A DNA stretch of 64,000 nt from Alphaproteobacteria bacterium (GTDB lineage Bacteria > Pseudomonadota > Alphaproteobacteria > Bin95), in NCBI GenBank assembly GCA_963665325.3, contig CAXXWS020000003.1, positions 352,001 to 416,000 on the forward strand. The letters run 5' to 3'. Below the pieces are notes generated by a model. That model had not been told where the DNA came from. It saw only the letters and a program-made list of their open reading frames with translations, and searched no databases. Positions within the stretch are counted from its first letter, which is position 1; every line of letters begins with the position of its first letter. Shown in pieces: positions 60,573 to 64,000 of this stretch. The translations under genes were made by a program, and so were the position numbers.

Positions 60573-61585
60573 TAGGCGGCTGCCGGACACGCAGTGCAGG
60601 AAGCAGGGCAGAGGCGCCGCCGCGGCCGGCGGTCGAGCACCAGCTCCGCAAGGCCCTCGATATAGGAAGGCGCGGTGCGCGGTGTCGCCACCCGTTCCCA
60701 GGCTGCTGCGCCCGCGTGCTCGGCTACCGCCCGGTATTCAATATCGAGTTCGACCAGCGTCTCCGAATGTTCCGATACGAACGCAATGGGCGCCAGCACC
60801 AGCGCCAGCCCTTCCCTAGCTGCGGCTTCCACCTCGGCTTCGGTGTCCGGCTGAAGCCATTTCTCCGGCGTGGCTCGGCTCTGCCAGGTCACACGCCAGT
60901 CAATGTCGGCAAGTTCGCCCAGCCGGGTTTCGGCGGCGGCGCGAAGCGCTTCGGCCGTTCTCTCCACCTGCCACGCATAGGGGTCGCCTTTCGCAACCAC
61001 CCGCTCCGGCAGGCCGTGGGCGGTGAACAACACACGGACCGGCGCGGCGGCTCGCGCGCGGCGGATGGCCCCGGCCAGAGGTTCCGCCCAAGCCTCGATC
61101 AGGCCCTCCAGCAGCGGGTGGCAGCAAAGCACTCGCAGCTTCGCAGCCTCGCCGGCGAGTTTCCGCCATTCCGCAAGCGACGAACCGGAAGTCGTCGTCG
61201 AGAACTGGGGATAGAGCGGCAGCGCCACGATCTCGTCCGGGCGGTAATCCCGGACTGCCGGCAGCACCGTGGCCGCACGCGGACGCCAGTAGCGCATTGC
61301 GGTGAAGCAGCGCACTTCCCGGCCGTGTCCGGCAAGTGCGACCTCCAAAGCGCGCGCCTGCGCGTCGGTCTGGTCCAAGAGCGGCGAGGCGCCGCCGAGT
61401 TGCTCATAAATCGCGCGTGCCGGGGCTGCCCGTCGCCCGGCAATATAGCGAGACAGCAGGAACCGCACGGGACCCGGGGCAGGCAGGATGGCGGGATCGC
61501 TGAAAAGATTTTGCAGGAACGGCTTGACCGCCTCCGAACTGTCCGGCCCGCCAAGATTGAAAAGAATGACGGCAAGCCGGCTCAC
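60572..61585 (-). CDS. hemH: ferrochelatase
   Basis: NLGGP, PLYPQFS, FTAHGLP, GDPY, FVSEHSETLVELD. Confidence 0.95.
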   Translation of the reverse strand: MSRLAVILFNLGGPDSSEAVKPFLQNLFSDPAILPAPGPVRFLLSRYIAGRRAAPARAIYEQLGGASPLLDQTDAQARALEVALAGHGREVRCFTAMRYWRPRAATVLPAVRDYRPDEIVALPLYPQFSTTTSGSSLAEWRKLAGEAAKLRVLCCHPLLEGLIEAWAEPLAGAIRRARAAAPVRVLFTAHGLPERVVAKGDPYAWQVERTAEALRAAAETRLGELADIDWRVTWQSRATPEKWLQPDTEAEVEAAAREGLALVLAPIAFVSEHSETLVELDIEYRAVAEHAGAAAWERVATPRTAPSYIEGLAELVLDRRPRRRLCPASCTACPAAA

Positions 61586-62586
61586 GGCGCCTCCTGCACG
61601 ATCCGGCGCAAGGCAGCAACATGCTCAGGCGGCGTCATCGGCAGCACGCCATGGCCGAGATTGAAGATATGCGGACCTTGCCGGAATGCTGACAGGATTT
61701 TCCGCGCGGCCCGTTCCATGGCATCGCCGCCGATGACCAGAAGCATGGGATCGAGATTGCCCTGAACGGCGGCCTGCCCCTGCACAGCGCCGACCGCCCA
61801 GGTCGGGTCCGCAACTGTGTCGAGGCCGACGCAATCGGCAACCCCGCCGAATTCCGCCGCAAGCATACCTGCACCGCGCGGAAAGAGGATCAGCGGCACG
61901 GAAGGATGTCGTTCCCTGAGTGCCGCCGCAATCCGCCGTGCCGGTTCGAGACACCAGCGCCTGATGCCCGTGGGCGGCAGCAGCCCTGCCCAGCTGTCGA
62001 ACAATTGCAGTACTTCCGCGCCTGCCTCCGCCTGCGCCGACAGGTGATCGATCGTGACTTCGACGAGAATGTCCACCAGATCGCCGAAACGCTTCGGCTG
62101 TCCGAGCGCCATCTGCCGGACCTGCAGCCAGTCGCGGCTGGACCCTCCCTCGACCATGTAAGCCGCCACTGTCCAGGGCGCCCCGGCGAAGCCGATCAGC
62201 GCCACACCTTCGGGCAGGCTTGCGCGTACCAACCTCACGGCCTCATAGACGGCGTCGAGCCGGCCGCCGGCAGGTTGCAATGCGCCGGGATCGAGTGGCC
62301 CGAGAACGGGTCCTCTGCCCTCAACGAACTTCACTTCCTGGCCCATCGCATAGGGTACGGTCAGGATATCCGAAAACAGGATCGCCGCGTCTGTCCCGAA
62401 GCGGCGCACAGGCTGCAACGTGACCTCGGCTGCAAGCGCCGGGGAGAAACAGAGATCGAGAAAGCTACCTGCCGAAGTGCGGAGATTCCGGTATTCCGGC
62501 AGGTAGCGGCCGGCCTGGCGCATAAGCCAGAAGGGCGCCGGGCGCACGGCTTGGCCGGCAAGAGCTCGAAGGAGAGGTTTGTCCAT
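61582..62586 (-). CDS. hemE: uroporphyrinogen decarboxylase
   Basis: WLMRQAGRYLPEY, FSDIL, GFAGAPWT, QGNLDP, NLGHG. Confidence 0.96.
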   Translation of the reverse strand: MDKPLLRALAGQAVRPAPFWLMRQAGRYLPEYRNLRTSAGSFLDLCFSPALAAEVTLQPVRRFGTDAAILFSDILTVPYAMGQEVKFVEGRGPVLGPLDPGALQPAGGRLDAVYEAVRLVRASLPEGVALIGFAGAPWTVAAYMVEGGSSRDWLQVRQMALGQPKRFGDLVDILVEVTIDHLSAQAEAGAEVLQLFDSWAGLLPPTGIRRWCLEPARRIAAALRERHPSVPLILFPRGAGMLAAEFGGVADCVGLDTVADPTWAVGAVQGQAAVQGNLDPMLLVIGGDAMERAARKILSAFRQGPHIFNLGHGVLPMTPPEHVAALRRIVQEAP

Positions 62587-62599
62587 GCCGGCCGGCGGT

Positions 62600-62852
62600 G
62601 TTTCCTTAACCGAGTACAAGAGATTCTGAATTATTGTTGTTTCTATATAGCCGCTCCTGGCTGTGGAAACAGGTGTTATCCCCCTCCCGGTTTGCGATGG
62701 AGCTGCGGTCGGTTGGGTTAGCTCGCGTTATCCACGGGATTGAACTTGTCCTTTTCCGCCTGGGGAAGGTTTTTGGGCGCGGCGGGAGAGTCGGGTGTGT
62801 TATCAGTTGAGACTTGTTCTGCACCGCTTTTCCCCGGAGGTTTCGTGGATAA
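62600..62852. other. oriC: putative chromosomal replication origin (oriC)
   Basis: hemE / PPDK-regulator / maf synteny as at Caulobacter Cori; DnaA-like boxes TGTGGAAAC 62662, TTATCCCCC 62676, TTATCCACG 62728, CGTGGATAA 62844; AT-rich tract 62618-62650; GANTC at 62622 and 62788. Confidence 0.75.
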
Positions 62853-63675
62853 TCCGGTCGTTCACCTGCATCTGGTCTCCGATGCGACGGGCGAGACCGT
62901 GCGCACGCTTGGTCGGGCCTGCGTCAGCCAGTTCGACGGCATTACGGTCAGGGAACATTTCTGGGTGCTCATCCGCAACAGGGACCAGCTTCTGGGCGTG
63001 ATCGAGAGCATTCGGGCGGCGCCGGGGGTGGTTCTGGCAACGGTCGTCAACGACCAGCTCCGCGATCTTCTCGAGGTTGCCTGCCGGGAAGCCGGCGCGC
63101 CCTTCGTCTCGCTGCTTGACGAGCCGGTTACTGCTATCAGCGAATGGGCGGGGCGCCCGGCGCATCACCGGCCTGGACGCCGCCAGAAACTCGACGACAG
63201 GTATTTCGCGCGTATAGACGCCATGCAGTTCACTATGGCGCATGATGACGGCCAGATGGGCGAGGACCTCGACGAGGCGGACGTCGTCGTTATCGGCGTG
63301 TCACGTAGTTCGAAGACCCCGACCTGCATTTATCTTGCTAATCTGGGCTACAAGGCGGCCAATGTGCCCTTTGTGCCGGAAGTGCCGCTTCCCCGGCAGG
63401 TTCTGGAGTTGGCGCGCCCGCTTGTCGTGGGCCTGACGGTCGATCCCGGGCGGCTGGTGCAGGTTCGCCGCAACCGGCTGCGCTCGCTGCACGAGCAGCG
63501 CGAGACGAACTATGTGGATATCGAGCGTGTCCGCATGGAGGTCACCGAATCCCGGCGCCTGTTTGCCGAGAAGGGCTGGCCGTCCATCGACGTCACCCGC
63601 CGGTCGATTGAGGAAACCGCAGCCGGCATAATCCGCCTGCTGGAAGAGCGCACGCATGACGCCGCCACCGGCTGA
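62845..63675 (+). CDS. pyruvate, phosphate dikinase regulatory kinase/phosphorylase (DUF299)
   Basis: LVSDATGET, YFARIDA..F...HDDG, GVSRSSKTP, DVTRRSIEETA; GGAGG then GTG. Confidence 0.94.
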   Translation: MDNPVVHLHLVSDATGETVRTLGRACVSQFDGITVREHFWVLIRNRDQLLGVIESIRAAPGVVLATVVNDQLRDLLEVACREAGAPFVSLLDEPVTAISEWAGRPAHHRPGRRQKLDDRYFARIDAMQFTMAHDDGQMGEDLDEADVVVIGVSRSSKTPTCIYLANLGYKAANVPFVPEVPLPRQVLELARPLVVGLTVDPGRLVQVRRNRLRSLHEQRETNYVDIERVRMEVTESRRLFAEKGWPSIDVTRRSIEETAAGIIRLLEERTHDAATG

Positions 63676-64000
63676 ACCCCCCATTCTGGCTTCAGCGAGC
63701 GCAGTGCGGGGGCGTTTGCTTGCTGCCGCTGGCGTCGAGGTCCAGCAAATGGCTTCGGGCGCAGATGAGGAAGAGTTGAAGGCCGAACTCGGCGGGCTCG
63801 ACCACGATTCCCTGGCGCTTGCGCTTGCGGAGGCAAAAGCCATGGCAGTTTCGGCGGGGCATCCAGAACGGTTGGTGCTGGGAGCCGACCAATTGCTCGT
63901 CATGGGCGACCAGCGCTTCGACAAGCCACGCGACCGCGGCCAGGCAGCCGCGCACCTGGCCGCGTTTTCGGGCCGGGCGCATGAGTTGGTGACGGCGGCC
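63656..64000 (+). CDS. maf: Maf family nucleotide pyrophosphatase, 3'-truncated by window edge (absent from the ORF track)
   Basis: ILASAS..R..LL..AG, DEE..K, LAEAKA..VS, LVLGADQ, FDKP, SGRAH. Confidence 0.9.
   Translation, partial: MTPPPAEPPILASASAVRGRLLAAAGVEVQQMASGADEEELKAELGGLDHDSLALALAEAKAMAVSAGHPERLVLGADQLLVMGDQRFDKPRDRGQAAAHLAAFSGRAHELVTAA

Overview
High-GC (roughly 70%, judged by eye) alphaproteobacterial chromosome segment, Rhodospirillales-like by gene content and order. A marine or host-associated (e.g. sponge symbiont) lifestyle is plausible but only inferred from TauD multiplicity, a sterol reductase and P450s. Core genes include SPOR-nagZ-S2P-tatABC-tgt, bamE, parC, recO, pyrE, rsmB-like, lutABC, trcR and hemEHJ. 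Interleaved accessory genes include a form II coxSLM, three TauD dioxygenases, a TRAP transporter, tandem P450s with a ferredoxin, an orphan Mo-hydroxylase large subunit, an ERG4/ERG24 sterol reductase and an ArsR-SRPBCC-dehalogenase-like operon. The hemE / PPDK-regulator intergenic region (~62.6-62.85 kb) has the synteny and DnaA boxes of the chromosomal origin. The most unusual items are: (i) a Trypco1-like domain fused to a (G)YDDRRGG low-complexity tail; (ii) a secreted trypsin-PDZ-trypsin-TPR protease convergent with a secreted subtilase; (iii) a DDE-less IS630-type HTH gene behind a promoter carrying a LexA-like box and a second palindrome, followed by a vapC remnant; (iv) a stand-alone eukaryote-like sterol reductase. 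No rRNA, tRNA, CRISPR array or prophage was recognised. All family calls come from motif recognition by eye, not database searches.
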